NCBI GenBank assembly: GCA_963830735.1
Contig: CAWHNG010000003.1
Span: forward strand, 209,989 to 273,988
Source of the DNA: an uncultured Actinomycetota bacterium
GTDB taxonomy: Bacteria > Actinomycetota > Actinomycetes > Propionibacteriales > Nocardioidaceae
Reading direction: 5' to 3'
DNA: 64,000 nucleotides
The position numbers were made by a program, and so were the translations under genes. A model generated the notes under the pieces. The model did no database searches. It had not been told where the DNA came from and worked only from the letters and a program-made list of their open reading frames with translations. Below, one piece after another: positions 1 to 9,271 of the stretch (its first letter is position 1; each line of letters begins with the position of its first letter).

Positions 1-1467
1 TGGACGAGCACCGTCGCGACGGCGGTCTCGGTCGGGCTGGGCCTGCCGGCGGCGTACGTCCTGCACCGGCTGAGGTTCCCGCTGCGCGGCGTGGTTCGGG
101 CGCTGATGCTGGTGCCGTTCGTCCTGCCGACGGTGGTGGTCGGGGTGGCCGTCCGGCAGCTGGTGGGGGAGAGCGGGCCGCTGGGCTTCCTCGGCCTGGA
201 CGGTACGCCGGCCGCGATCGTCATCGGGCTGGTCTTCTTCAACATCGCGGTCGTCATCCGGACCGTCGGCGCCACCTGGGAGGGCCTGGACCGCCGCCCG
301 GCGGAGGCGGCGGCCGCGCTCGGGGCCACGCCGTGGCAGGTGCTCCGCACCGTCACCCTGCCCGCGCTGCGGCCCTCGATCGTCTCGGCGGCGACCGTGG
401 TGTTCCTGTTCTGCGCAACGGCGTTCGGCGTGGTGCTCACCCTCGGCGGTGTGCGGTACGCCTCTGTCGAGACCGAGATCTACCTGCTCACCACCGAACA
501 GCTCGACCTGGCCGGCGCGGCGGCCCTCTCGCTCGTGCAGATGGCGGCGGTCGTCGTACTCCTCGTCGTCGCGGGGCGGTTGCGCGCCGTCCCCGACCCG
601 ACGGTACGACGCAGCCGGGCCGCCCCCGCGCGCCCCGCGCTCCGGGACCTGCCCGCCGTGGCGGTGACCGCGGCCGTCCTCGTCGCGCTGGCTGCGCCGG
701 TCGCGGGGCTGGTGGTCGCCTCGTTGCGCCGCGACGGCGAGTGGACGCTGATCTTCTACCGCGCGCTCGGGGGCCGCGGCGAGGACGTCGGTGGGATGGG
801 CGGCAGCCTGTTCCGGGTGCCCGTCTCCGAGGCGCTGGCCAACTCGCTGCGGATCGCGTTCGACGCGACCTGGATGTCGCTGCTGCTCGGGCTGATCGTG
901 GCGTTCGTGGTGACCCGCCGTGTCCGTACCCGCCTGGGCCGCAGTGCCCGTGGTGCGCTCGACGCGTTCTTCATGCTGCCGCTCGGGGTGTCCGCGGTGA
1001 CGCTCGGCTTCGGGTTCCTGATCATGCTCGACGAGCCGCCGCTGGACCTGCGGTCGAGCCCCGTCCTGGTGCCGATCGCGCAGGCGCTGGTGGCGCTGCC
1101 GATCGTGGTGCGCACCCTGGTGCCGGTGCTCGCCGGCATCGACGACCGGCAGCGCCAGGCCGCCGCGTCGCTCGGCGCCGGGCCGCTGCGCGCCGTGCTC
1201 ACCGTCGACCTGCCGGTCGTGTGGCGGCCGGTGCTCGCGGCCGCGGGTTTCGCGTTCGCGGTGTCGCTGGGCGAGTTCGGGGCGACGGCGTTCATCGTCC
1301 GCGCGGAGGTTCCGACGCTGCCGGTCGTGATCTACCGGCTGATCGGCCAACCCGGTGCGCTCAACTACGGCACCGCGATGGCTGCGTCGGTGGTGCTGGC
1401 CGGTGTGACCGCAGCCGTCATCCTGGTGGTCGAGCGGCTCCGGGTGCCCGGTCTCGGAGCCTGGTGA
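1..1467 (+). CDS. Thiamine/iron(III)-type ABC transporter permease (ThiP/FbpB-like), 5' end truncated by the window
   Basis: Frame is open from base 1; two EAA-type loops (EAAAALGA, QAAASLGA); many TM helices; followed by an ABC ATPase. Confidence 0.85.
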   Translation, partial: WTSTVATAVSVGLGLPAAYVLHRLRFPLRGVVRALMLVPFVLPTVVVGVAVRQLVGESGPLGFLGLDGTPAAIVIGLVFFNIAVVIRTVGATWEGLDRRPAEAAAALGATPWQVLRTVTLPALRPSIVSAATVVFLFCATAFGVVLTLGGVRYASVETEIYLLTTEQLDLAGAAALSLVQMAAVVVLLVVAGRLRAVPDPTVRRSRAAPARPALRDLPAVAVTAAVLVALAAPVAGLVVASLRRDGEWTLIFYRALGGRGEDVGGMGGSLFRVPVSEALANSLRIAFDATWMSLLLGLIVAFVVTRRVRTRLGRSARGALDAFFMLPLGVSAVTLGFGFLIMLDEPPLDLRSSPVLVPIAQALVALPIVVRTLVPVLAGIDDRQRQAAASLGAGPLRAVLTVDLPVVWRPVLAAAGFAFAVSLGEFGATAFIVRAEVPTLPVVIYRLIGQPGALNYGTAMAASVVLAGVTAAVILVVERLRVPGLGAW

Positions 1468-1478
1468 GAGGGGCGCGG

Positions 1479-2513
1479 ATGCTGGAGCTGGACGGGGTCT
1501 CGGTGACGTTCGACGCGCACCGCGCCGTCGACGACGTCAGCCTGCGCCTGGACGACGGGCACGTGCTGGCGGTCCTCGGTCCGTCCGGGTGCGGCAAGTC
1601 CACGCTGCTGCGCGCGGTCGCCGCGCTCGAGCCGCTCACCGGCGGCGCCGTGCGTTGGGACGGCCGCGACCTGTCCGGGGTGCCGACGCACCGGCGGGGA
1701 TTCGCGCTGATGTTCCAGGAGGGCCAGCTCTTCGACCACCTGACCGTGGCGCGCAATGTGGGCTACCCGCTGCGGCTGCGCGGCGACCTCGGCCGGCGCG
1801 CGCGGAAGATGCGTGTCCGTGAGCTGCTCGACCTGGTCGGCCTCGGCGGCTACTCCCAGCGGCTGCCGCGCACGCTCTCCGGCGGCGAGCGGCAGCGGGT
1901 CGCTCTTGCCCGGTCCCTCGCCGCCGACCCCCGGTTGCTGCTGCTCGACGAGCCGCTCAGCGCTCTCGACGCGGGGCTGCGGACCCGCCTCGCCGCCGAC
2001 CTCCGGCAGATCCTCCGCGAGGCCGGCACCACCGCGCTGCTGGTCACCCACGACCAGGAGGAGGCGTTCACGGTCGCCGACCGGCTGGCGGTGATGCGCG
2101 CGGGGAAGGTCGTCCAGGAGGGGCCGACCGGCGACGTGTGGGCGCACCCGGTCGACGCGGAGGCCGCGCAGTTCCTCGGCTACGCGTCCGTGCTCGATGC
2201 GGCGGCGGGCGCCGTACTCCTGGGGGAGGAGGGTGCCCCCGCACTGGCGGTACGGCGCTCCGCGCTCGCCGCACGACCGGGCGTGACCGCCGGCCCGGGC
2301 ACCCTGGCGGCCCGCGTGCTGAGCGTGGCGGCGACGCCCGACGAGGTCCGGCTGGTCGTGGATCTGGCCGGGGTGGGGGAGGTGCCGGCCGTCGGTGCGC
2401 CGGGCTGGCTGCCCGAGCCGGGCGACGAGGTCGCGATCGCGGTGGACCGCTCGCGGATCGCCGTACTGCCGGGCGCCCCGGACGCGACCGTGAGTGACGA
2501 CTCCCTAGACTGA
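1479..2513 (+). CDS. ABC transporter ATP-binding protein (ThiQ/FbpC-like)
   Basis: ATG at 1479 inside ORF 333..2513; Walker A GPSGCGKS, signature LSGGERQ, Walker B LLLLDEP, C-terminal TOBE-like tail. Confidence 0.9.
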   Translation: MLELDGVSVTFDAHRAVDDVSLRLDDGHVLAVLGPSGCGKSTLLRAVAALEPLTGGAVRWDGRDLSGVPTHRRGFALMFQEGQLFDHLTVARNVGYPLRLRGDLGRRARKMRVRELLDLVGLGGYSQRLPRTLSGGERQRVALARSLAADPRLLLLDEPLSALDAGLRTRLAADLRQILREAGTTALLVTHDQEEAFTVADRLAVMRAGKVVQEGPTGDVWAHPVDAEAAQFLGYASVLDAAAGAVLLGEEGAPALAVRRSALAARPGVTAGPGTLAARVLSVAATPDEVRLVVDLAGVGEVPAVGAPGWLPEPGDEVAIAVDRSRIAVLPGAPDATVSDDSLD

Positions 2514-2517
2514 CCCG

Positions 2518-3594
2518 GTGTACCGCCGCGCCTATACGCTCCTCGTCGGCACGGCAATGGTCATGGGCGGGTTGGCAGTCTTCGTCTCCATCGTCTACGA
2601 CAAGCCGCTGCTGGATCCCGAGGGCAGCTTCCTCGGACCGTCGTGGATCCGTCTGCCGCTGCTGCTCATCGCATCGCTGCTCCTCGACGTGCTGCCGCGG
2701 ACGATCTGGTTCTCCCGCGGCCGGCCCGGTCGGTTCTGGCCACTGGTCAAGGAGCGGCTCCGCACGCACTGGACGCGGGAGCGGATCATCCTGGTCTTCC
2801 TCGGCATCATCTGCTTCTACGTCACCTATGTGAGCTACCGGAACCTCAAGTCCTACCTGCCGTTCGTGCGCCCGGATCCCGCGCGCGGACCGGGTGAGGT
2901 GAAGGCCCTGTCCTACGACTGGGAGCTGCACATCATGGACAAGATCCTCTTCTTCGGCGAGGAACCGTCCGACGTGCTGCACGCGGTGCTCGGCACCAAC
3001 ATCACCGCGCACGTGCTGTCGCCGATCTACCTCGCGTTCCTGCCGCTGGTGCCGCTCGCGGTCACCGCGTGGCTGGTCTGGTCGCGCAACCTGTCCTACG
3101 GCTACTGGTTCGTGACGTCGCAGTGCGTCGCCTGGACGCTCGGCACGCTGTCCTACTACCTGCTGCCGACCGTGGGCCCGGGCATCGAGCGACCCTCGGA
3201 CTACCTCGATCTCAACCACACCGCGACGACCGACCTGATGGACGGCATCGCCAACGCCCGTGGGCGGGTGCTGCACGACCCGAGCGTCACCGACACCGTC
3301 AACTCTGTGGCCGGGTTCGCCAGCCTGCACTGCGCGATCACGCTGCTGTTCGCGCTGCTGGTGCAGTACACCCTGCGGTCGAAGATCCTCACCTGGGTCT
3401 TCTGGATCAACTTCGGGCTCACCGTCATCGCGACGATCTACTTCGGCTGGCACTACGTCGCCGACGACATCGCCGGCATCGCCATCGCCGTCGTCGCGTT
3501 CTACCTCGGCGGCGTCGCCAGCGGCCAGAAGTTCGACCGCGGCCTCAGATCCCACCCCACGACGACCACCTCCAAGGTGCCGGTCGACGACTGA
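2518..3594 (+). CDS. PAP2-like membrane protein (Aur1/inositolphosphotransferase-like PAP2_3 family)
   Basis: Multi-TM; motifs PTVGP, FASLH, GWHYVADDIAG; leaderless -10 TAGACT 6 nt before the GTG. Confidence 0.75.
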   Translation: MYRRAYTLLVGTAMVMGGLAVFVSIVYDKPLLDPEGSFLGPSWIRLPLLLIASLLLDVLPRTIWFSRGRPGRFWPLVKERLRTHWTRERIILVFLGIICFYVTYVSYRNLKSYLPFVRPDPARGPGEVKALSYDWELHIMDKILFFGEEPSDVLHAVLGTNITAHVLSPIYLAFLPLVPLAVTAWLVWSRNLSYGYWFVTSQCVAWTLGTLSYYLLPTVGPGIERPSDYLDLNHTATTDLMDGIANARGRVLHDPSVTDTVNSVAGFASLHCAITLLFALLVQYTLRSKILTWVFWINFGLTVIATIYFGWHYVADDIAGIAIAVVAFYLGGVASGQKFDRGLRSHPTTTTSKVPVDD

Positions 3595-3606
3595 GCCGCC
3601 GTGGCT

Positions 3607-3650
3607 CGTCGAGTCGGCCGGCGTGGCCCGTCGAATCGACTCTCCTGGTC
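3607..3650. repeat. Two 22-bp-period units (CGTCGAGTCGGCCGGCGTGGCC / CGTCGAATCG...) of the same family as the 49482 array
   Basis: Units start at 3607 and 3629; lie between convergent genes. Confidence 0.5.
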
Positions 3651-3661
3651 CCTAGGTGGCC

Positions 3662-4930
3662 TCAGGGACGGGCGTAGAAGTCCGGCGGGATCCAGTAGTA
3701 CATCGACTCCTCCGACACCGGCCGGCCGGTGCGCGGAGCGTGCACGATCATCCCGTCGCCGACGTAGAGCGCGACGTGGAAGATCGACGACGGGCTGCCG
3801 GACGAGCCCCAGAAGACCAGGTCACCCGGGCGGAGGTCGGAGGCGGAGACCGGCGTCGACTGCTCGTACTGGGCGACCGAGTAGTGCGGCAGCGAGACGC
3901 CGCCCTGAGCCCAGGCGCCCATCGTCAGTCCCGAGCAGTCCCATGCGCCGGGGCCCTCGGCGCCCCACTGGTAGGGCTCGCCGATCTGGTCGCGGGCGAA
4001 CGCGATCGCCGCCGACGCGCCGCCGGTGTCGGACGGCGGGACCGGGTCCGGGTCGGGTTCCGGGTCCGTCTCGGGCTCCGGGTCGGTCTCGGGGAGCGGG
4101 TCCTCGTCCTCGGCCGGCGGCGGGTCCGTGCCGGGGTCCGGCTCGTCGCTGGGCGGATCGGTGGGCGTCGGCTCCTGGTCGCGGCGACGCTGCTCGTCCA
4201 GCGCGGCCTGGCGGCGCTCGGCGAGGTCGAGGCTGATCCCCTCGAGGCGCGCGATGCGCCGTACCAGCCGGTGCTTGCGGTCGCCGATCGTCACCGCCGC
4301 CTGCGCCGCGGCGTCGGCCGCGGACTGTGCCTCGTCGCGCGCCACCCGGGCGTCGGCGAGCGCCTGGTCCGCGTCGTCGGCGGCGCCCTCGGCCCGCAGC
4401 TCGGCCTGGTCCGCCTCGTCGGCGGCCGCGAGGTAGTCGTCGCGCTGGGCGTCGAACGCCCCCTGCACGACGTCGTTGGTCGTGGCCTGGTCGAGCACGG
4501 CGCCCATGCCGTCGGAGTCGAGTACGGCGTCCAGCCCGCTCAGCTCCACGCCGGACGTCGCCGAGGTGATGACGGCGTCGCGGTACCGCTCGCGCTGGTC
4601 CTCGAGGGTCCGGTCGGCACGACGAGAAGCGCGCTCGGCCGCGCGCTCGGCCTTCCGCGCCTCCTGCGCCCGCCACCGCGCGCCGTTGTAGGCCTCGGCG
4701 GCCTGGAGCGCGGCGATCTCGGCGTCTCGGAGCTGCTGGTCGGCGGCGTCCAGCGCGGCCTGGATGGAGTCGAGGTCGTCCAGGGCGCCGTGTACGGCGT
4801 CGCGCGCCTCCCGGACGTCGTGACGCGAGGGGCGATCGGGGTCGGTCGGGTCGGCCTGCGCGCCGGGCACGACTGCGGCAGCAGTCAGCGTCAGCGCAAG
4901 CAGGCACGTCCCGAGAGCAGGGCGGCGCAC
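3662..4930 (-). CDS. Secreted NlpC/P60 peptidoglycan endopeptidase (RipA-like) with coiled coil and Pro/Asp-rich linker
   Basis: Signal peptide; coiled coil; C-terminal WDCSGLT...PGDLVFW...HVALYVGDG...HAP; RBS GGAG. Confidence 0.9.
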   Translation of the reverse strand: MRRPALGTCLLALTLTAAAVVPGAQADPTDPDRPSRHDVREARDAVHGALDDLDSIQAALDAADQQLRDAEIAALQAAEAYNGARWRAQEARKAERAAERASRRADRTLEDQRERYRDAVITSATSGVELSGLDAVLDSDGMGAVLDQATTNDVVQGAFDAQRDDYLAAADEADQAELRAEGAADDADQALADARVARDEAQSAADAAAQAAVTIGDRKHRLVRRIARLEGISLDLAERRQAALDEQRRRDQEPTPTDPPSDEPDPGTDPPPAEDEDPLPETDPEPETDPEPDPDPVPPSDTGGASAAIAFARDQIGEPYQWGAEGPGAWDCSGLTMGAWAQGGVSLPHYSVAQYEQSTPVSASDLRPGDLVFWGSSGSPSSIFHVALYVGDGMIVHAPRTGRPVSEESMYYWIPPDFYARP

Positions 4931-5125
4931 AGGAACTCCAGTCCGGTAGACGGGCAGGACTCAGCGTCACTCCGGAACGACTTCCCCATCATTCGAAGCG
5001 ACTTCCGGCACGCTAGTGCGCTTTCGTCACATTGGGAACACCTATCTCAACTTTCTCAGGAATCACCGGCGTGTCGGCTTGACGAACTACAGCGGTGTCA
5101 TTCGCCGAGGGGTGACGGCGACGCG

Positions 5126-5260
5126 GATTCATCACGGGATGCAGGCGAACCCGCACCTCCCCTGCGGAACTCCGCGAGGGAGGCACGGACTCGCCTGGTT
5201 ACCGTGGTGAATCGGCACGCTCGCCCACGGACTCGCCTGGGTACCGTGGTGAATCGGCAC
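5126..5260. repeat. 88-bp imperfect palindromic element, copy 1 (5126-5213), plus a tandem duplicate of its right arm (5226-5260)
   Basis: GATTCATCACGG...CAGGCGA...CCTCCC.GCGG-AACT-CCGC.GGGAGG...TCGCCTG...CCGTGGTGAATC; homologues at 14236 and 44620. Confidence 0.9.
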
Positions 5261-5279
5261 ACTCGCGCACCGACGGGAT

Positions 5280-6167
5280 TCAGCCCCCGACGGGCGGACG
5301 GACCTTCTTCGCCAGCCGGGCGGCGAGATCGGCCGGCGACAGCGAGCCCGCGACCAGCTGCGCGGTCGGCCAGTGCGTCACGTCGAGGCCGCTGAGCCGG
5401 GTGAAGCGGGCGAGGTCGTCGGCGTACAGGTCGACCAGGCGGGTGATGTCGTCGGCGGTGGGTGCGGTGCCCACGACGACCTCGGCCCCCGCCATCCGGT
5501 GGCCCAGCGCGGGCGGCTCGCGGAAGCGCCGTACGCCCAGGAAGTCGGTGACCCGGTCGACCGTGGCGGGGAAGTCGGCGAGCATCGCGCGGAACTCCAG
5601 CAGCAGCCACTGCTCGCGGGGGAAGACCGACCAGCCACGTTCGAGCTGGGCGCCGTAGAGGCCGCGGGCGAGGATCGATCCCTCGCGGCGGAACCGGGTC
5701 CGGCGCCGGTTGCGCGGCAGTGTCCCCGGCAGCCCGGCCGGCCAGGTGCGGTCGAGCACCTCGGGCCAGTCGTACGTCGTCTCCGGACGCCGCTCACGCT
5801 CCATCGACCAGTGCGAGAAAGCGCGCTCGATCGGGTCGCGGAAGGTCGCGACCAGCCGCATGTCCGGGTTGTAGGCGTGCATCCGCTCGAGGGCGCCGGG
5901 CCAGAAGAGGTACGCCGGGGTCGAGTCGCCGGCCGTCCGGTGGGTCGCACTCCGCCGCGGGAGGCGGTACTCCTCGTCGTACGGCGGCTCGGACCAGTCG
6001 TGCTTCTCGTTGATGAAGAACGCCATCTCCTTGCGCGGCGCCTTCGCGATCTGCGGGTGCCGGTTGAGGGTGGTCGCGAGGGTGGTCGTCCCGGACTTCT
6101 GCACGCCGACGATCGAGAAGCCGAAGGACAGGTAGTCCTCGTCGCTGCCCGACGTGCCGTCCGCCAC
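5280..6167 (-). CDS. Sulfotransferase, heparan-sulfate O-/N-sulfotransferase-like fold
   Basis: C-terminal part of ORF 5280..8513; 5'-PSB GVQKSGTTTL, KEMAFF, DSTPAYL, 3'-PB RDPIERAFS; GTG at 6167 with -10 TAGATT 7 nt upstream. Confidence 0.8.
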   Translation of the reverse strand: MADGTSGSDEDYLSFGFSIVGVQKSGTTTLATTLNRHPQIAKAPRKEMAFFINEKHDWSEPPYDEEYRLPRRSATHRTAGDSTPAYLFWPGALERMHAYNPDMRLVATFRDPIERAFSHWSMERERRPETTYDWPEVLDRTWPAGLPGTLPRNRRRTRFRREGSILARGLYGAQLERGWSVFPREQWLLLEFRAMLADFPATVDRVTDFLGVRRFREPPALGHRMAGAEVVVGTAPTADDITRLVDLYADDLARFTRLSGLDVTHWPTAQLVAGSLSPADLAARLAKKVRPPVGG

Positions 6168-6233
6168 GGGCCGGAATCTAGCACCGCCGCTCGGCCCCCT
6201 GACCGGTCGCCTCGGGCCGGATAGGTTCGGTCC

Positions 6234-8282
6234 ATGGCCGCGCAGACGAGCAGTGCCGAGGGCGAGCAGACCCTGCCGGACGACCCGGAGGCCGCGGAGG
6301 CGGCCGAGGTCGAGGAGTCCGAGGAGGTCGCGGAGGACCTGCCACCCACGCCGTCGGTCGACGTCGAGGCACTCACCGTGCTCCTCGACGGGGAGTACGC
6401 CGACGTACGCCGCTCCGTCCGCGAGCAGCTGGCCGCCCACGCTGACGTCCTCGAGGATGCCGAGACCCTGTCGCGCGACGAGTTCCGCGAGCGGGTGCGC
6501 GACCTGGTCGTCGAGATGGCGGCCACCGGGCAGACCGGCCTCGGCTTCCCGGAGGAGTACGGCGGCCGCGGCGACATCGGAGCGTCGGTGGCCGCCTTCG
6601 AGACCCTCGCGTTCGGTGACCTCTCGGTGCTGGTCAAGGTCGGCGTGCAGTTCGGGCTGTTCGGGGGAGCGATCCTCCAGCTCGGCACCGAGCGCCACCA
6701 CGAGGCCTACCTCTCGCGGCTGGTCACCGGCGAGCTGATGGGCTGCTTCGCGATGACCGAGACCGGCCACGGCAGCAACGTGCAGGCGCTCGGCACCGTC
6801 GCGACCTACGACCCCGACAGCGACGAGTTCGTCATCGGGTCGACCCGCCCGGACGCCACGAAGGACTACATCGGCAACGCCGCGTGCCATGCGCAGGTCG
6901 CGGTCGTGTTCGCCCAGCTCGAGGTCGCCGGGGAGAGCCACGGCGTGCACGCGTTCGTCGTACCCCTCCGGGACGGTGGGCGCGTCCTGCCCGGCGTCAC
7001 CATCGAGGACGACGGCCTGAAGATGGGCCTCAACGGCGTCGACAACGGCCGGATCCGGTTCGACGGGGTGCGGGTGCCGCGGACCGCGCTGCTCAACCGG
7101 TTCGCCGACGTGACCGAGGACGGCAAGTACGTCAGCGAGATCGAGAACCCCGACCGCCGGTTCTTCACCATGCTCGGCACGCTCGTGCAGGGCCGGGTGT
7201 GCGTCGGCGCGGCCGGGATCAGCGCCGCGAAGGTCGCGCTGACGATCGCCGTCGAGTACGCCCGGCGGCGTCGGCAGTTCGAGGCGACCGAGGGTGCCGG
7301 CGAGCAGGTGCTGCTCGACTACGGCGTCCACCAGCGCCGCCTGCTGCCGCTGCTCGCGCGGACCTACGCGCTGCACTTCGCGCAGGAGGTGCTCTCCTCG
7401 CGGCTGCACGACGTCTTCTCGGGCGCGACGACCGACGAGCTGTCCCGCCGCCAGCTCGAGTCGCGCGCCGCGGGCACGAAGGCGCTCGCGACCTGGCACG
7501 CGACGCGGACGATCCAGGAGTGCCGCGAGGCGTGCGGCGGCGCGGGCTACCTCGCGGTCAACCGGTTCGCGGCGCTCAAGGCGGACACCGACGTCTTCAC
7601 GACGTTCGAGGGCGACAACCACGTGCTGCTGCAGCTGGTCGCGAAGGGGCTGCTCACCGACTACGCCAGCGAGTTCTCCGACCTCGACCAGCTCGGCATG
7701 GTGCGCTTCGTCGCCGGACTCGCGGTCGACACGGTGCTCGAGCGGACCGCCGTGCACAAGCTGATGGAGCGCGTGCGCGACGTACTCCCCGGTGGTGACG
7801 CGTGGGACCAGGACGCCGGCCTGCTCGACCCGGCGTACCACCTCGCCATGCTCCGGTTCCGCGAGGAGCACCTCATCGCGGGCGTCGCTCGCCGGCTCAA
7901 GCGCGGGATCGACAGCGGGATGGACGCCGGCGAGGTGTTCTCCCGGGTCCAGGACCACGTGGTCGCCGCCGCCCGCGCGCATGTCGAGCGGCTCGTCCTC
8001 GAGGCGTACGTCGACAAGGTCGCCGCGCTTCCGGAGGGCGCTCTCCGCGACACCCTCAACCTGCTCTGCGACCTGCACGCGCTGTCGTCGATCGAGGCCG
8101 ACCGCGGCTGGTTCATGGAGCACGGGCGGCTCTCCGTCCAGCGCTCGAAGGCGATCACCCGGGAGGTCGGGGAGCTGTGCCGGCGGGTGCGGCCGATCGC
8201 CGGCGACCTGGTCGCGGCGTTCGGCGTACCGCCCGAGCTGCTGCGGGCGCCGTCGCTGCTGGCATGGGGTGCGGAAGGATGA
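6234..8282 (+). CDS. Acyl-CoA dehydrogenase/oxidase family protein
   Basis: GCFAMTETGHGS, GLNGVDNG, RRQF, CREACGGAG, TFEGDN motifs. Confidence 0.9.
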   Translation: MAAQTSSAEGEQTLPDDPEAAEAAEVEESEEVAEDLPPTPSVDVEALTVLLDGEYADVRRSVREQLAAHADVLEDAETLSRDEFRERVRDLVVEMAATGQTGLGFPEEYGGRGDIGASVAAFETLAFGDLSVLVKVGVQFGLFGGAILQLGTERHHEAYLSRLVTGELMGCFAMTETGHGSNVQALGTVATYDPDSDEFVIGSTRPDATKDYIGNAACHAQVAVVFAQLEVAGESHGVHAFVVPLRDGGRVLPGVTIEDDGLKMGLNGVDNGRIRFDGVRVPRTALLNRFADVTEDGKYVSEIENPDRRFFTMLGTLVQGRVCVGAAGISAAKVALTIAVEYARRRRQFEATEGAGEQVLLDYGVHQRRLLPLLARTYALHFAQEVLSSRLHDVFSGATTDELSRRQLESRAAGTKALATWHATRTIQECREACGGAGYLAVNRFAALKADTDVFTTFEGDNHVLLQLVAKGLLTDYASEFSDLDQLGMVRFVAGLAVDTVLERTAVHKLMERVRDVLPGGDAWDQDAGLLDPAYHLAMLRFREEHLIAGVARRLKRGIDSGMDAGEVFSRVQDHVVAAARAHVERLVLEAYVDKVAALPEGALRDTLNLLCDLHALSSIEADRGWFMEHGRLSVQRSKAITREVGELCRRVRPIAGDLVAAFGVPPELLRAPSLLAWGAEG

Positions 8283-9004
8283 CCTGCGTGCACCTGCCGA
8301 AGGCCCCCCGGCCTCGACTCCCTCGCTTCCCTGGTCTCCCCGTCCTTCCCGGCGTCCGTGGCTGGGACCGCGACCCGCTGTGGGCACACGTCTACGACTG
8401 GTCCGTCGAGCACCCGCGGGTCGGCGGCCTCGGGTGGCGGCTGGTGGTGCAGAGCGACCTGCGCCGCCTCTACCGCGCCGCCGCGGAGATCGGGCGGCAG
8501 CCTGCCGGTGCACGGATCCTCGACATCCCCTGCGGCGGCGGGGTGGCGCTGCGCGGCCTGAGGCCGGGCCAGGGCGTGGAGTACGTCGCCGCGGACATCT
8601 CGCAGCGGATGCTCGACCGGACGACGGCCGCCGCGGAGAGGCGCGGTGTGGCCGACCAGGTGGTGCCGCGGATCGCGGACGTCGGTGACCTGCCGTTCGG
8701 CGACGCGGAGTTCGCGCTGGTGGTGAGCTTCACGGGCCTGCACTGCTTCCCCGACCCCGAGCGCGCAGTGGTCGAGATGGCGAGAGTGCTGCGCCCGGGT
8801 GGCGTGATCACCGGTAGCGCTCTGCTGCGCGACGCGGGGCCGCAGCACGCGCCCACCTGGGTGGTCGGCCGGGCGGCCGGCCTGCTGGGCCCGGGGTGCA
8901 CGGCCGAGGAGATCGAGTCGTGGCTCGAACGGGAGAGGATCGCGGACGTCGTACTCGACCGGAGCGGAGCGATCGGCTACTTCCGCGGGGTCAAGCGCGC
9001 CTGA
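8279..9004 (+). CDS. Class I SAM-dependent methyltransferase
   Basis: ATGA overlap with the upstream stop; ILDIPCGGG, AADIS, ADVGDLPF, LRPGG. Confidence 0.85.
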   Translation: MTCVHLPKAPRPRLPRFPGLPVLPGVRGWDRDPLWAHVYDWSVEHPRVGGLGWRLVVQSDLRRLYRAAAEIGRQPAGARILDIPCGGGVALRGLRPGQGVEYVAADISQRMLDRTTAAAERRGVADQVVPRIADVGDLPFGDAEFALVVSFTGLHCFPDPERAVVEMARVLRPGGVITGSALLRDAGPQHAPTWVVGRAAGLLGPGCTAEEIESWLERERIADVVLDRSGAIGYFRGVKRA

Positions 9005-9012
9005 CAGGCGTC

Positions 9013-9271
9013 AGATTCGCCGGGTCGGGTCCTGCGCCGCTGAAGTGGCGCAATTGCGCGGATTCGGCAGGTGCGGGCCCGCATCACCCGCGCAAGCGGC
9101 GCAATTGCGCGGTCCGAGCGGACCCTTCGCGGCCCGCCCTGCGACGCGCTCGGCCAATCCAACGGCCGGCAGCGTGGCGCACGGCGGCGAAGCCGCACGG
9201 TGCGAAGTCCCTGGCCGAGCTTGCGAGGTCCGGGCGGCGAGCGGCGTCTGCGACGCGCTCGGCTAATCCAA
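9013..9271. repeat. Intergenic repeat mosaic: two ~50-bp tandem units each with the palindrome GCGCAATTGCGC (9048, 9099) and a 24-bp direct repeat (9139-9162, 9248-9271)
   Basis: Direct reading; units begin GATTCG; direct repeat CTGCGACGCGCTCGGCYAATCCAA. Confidence 0.75.

Noticed and set aside
4931-5120. c-di-AMP (ydaO) riboswitch upstream of the NlpC/P60 gene
   Set aside because: Expected by context, but I could not find the conserved ydaO blocks on the minus strand; an Rfam RF00379 scan would settle it.
5280-8513. 1077-aa minus-strand ORF
   Set aside because: Only the last ~295 codons are a real sulfotransferase; the rest is the antisense shadow of the acyl-CoA dehydrogenase.
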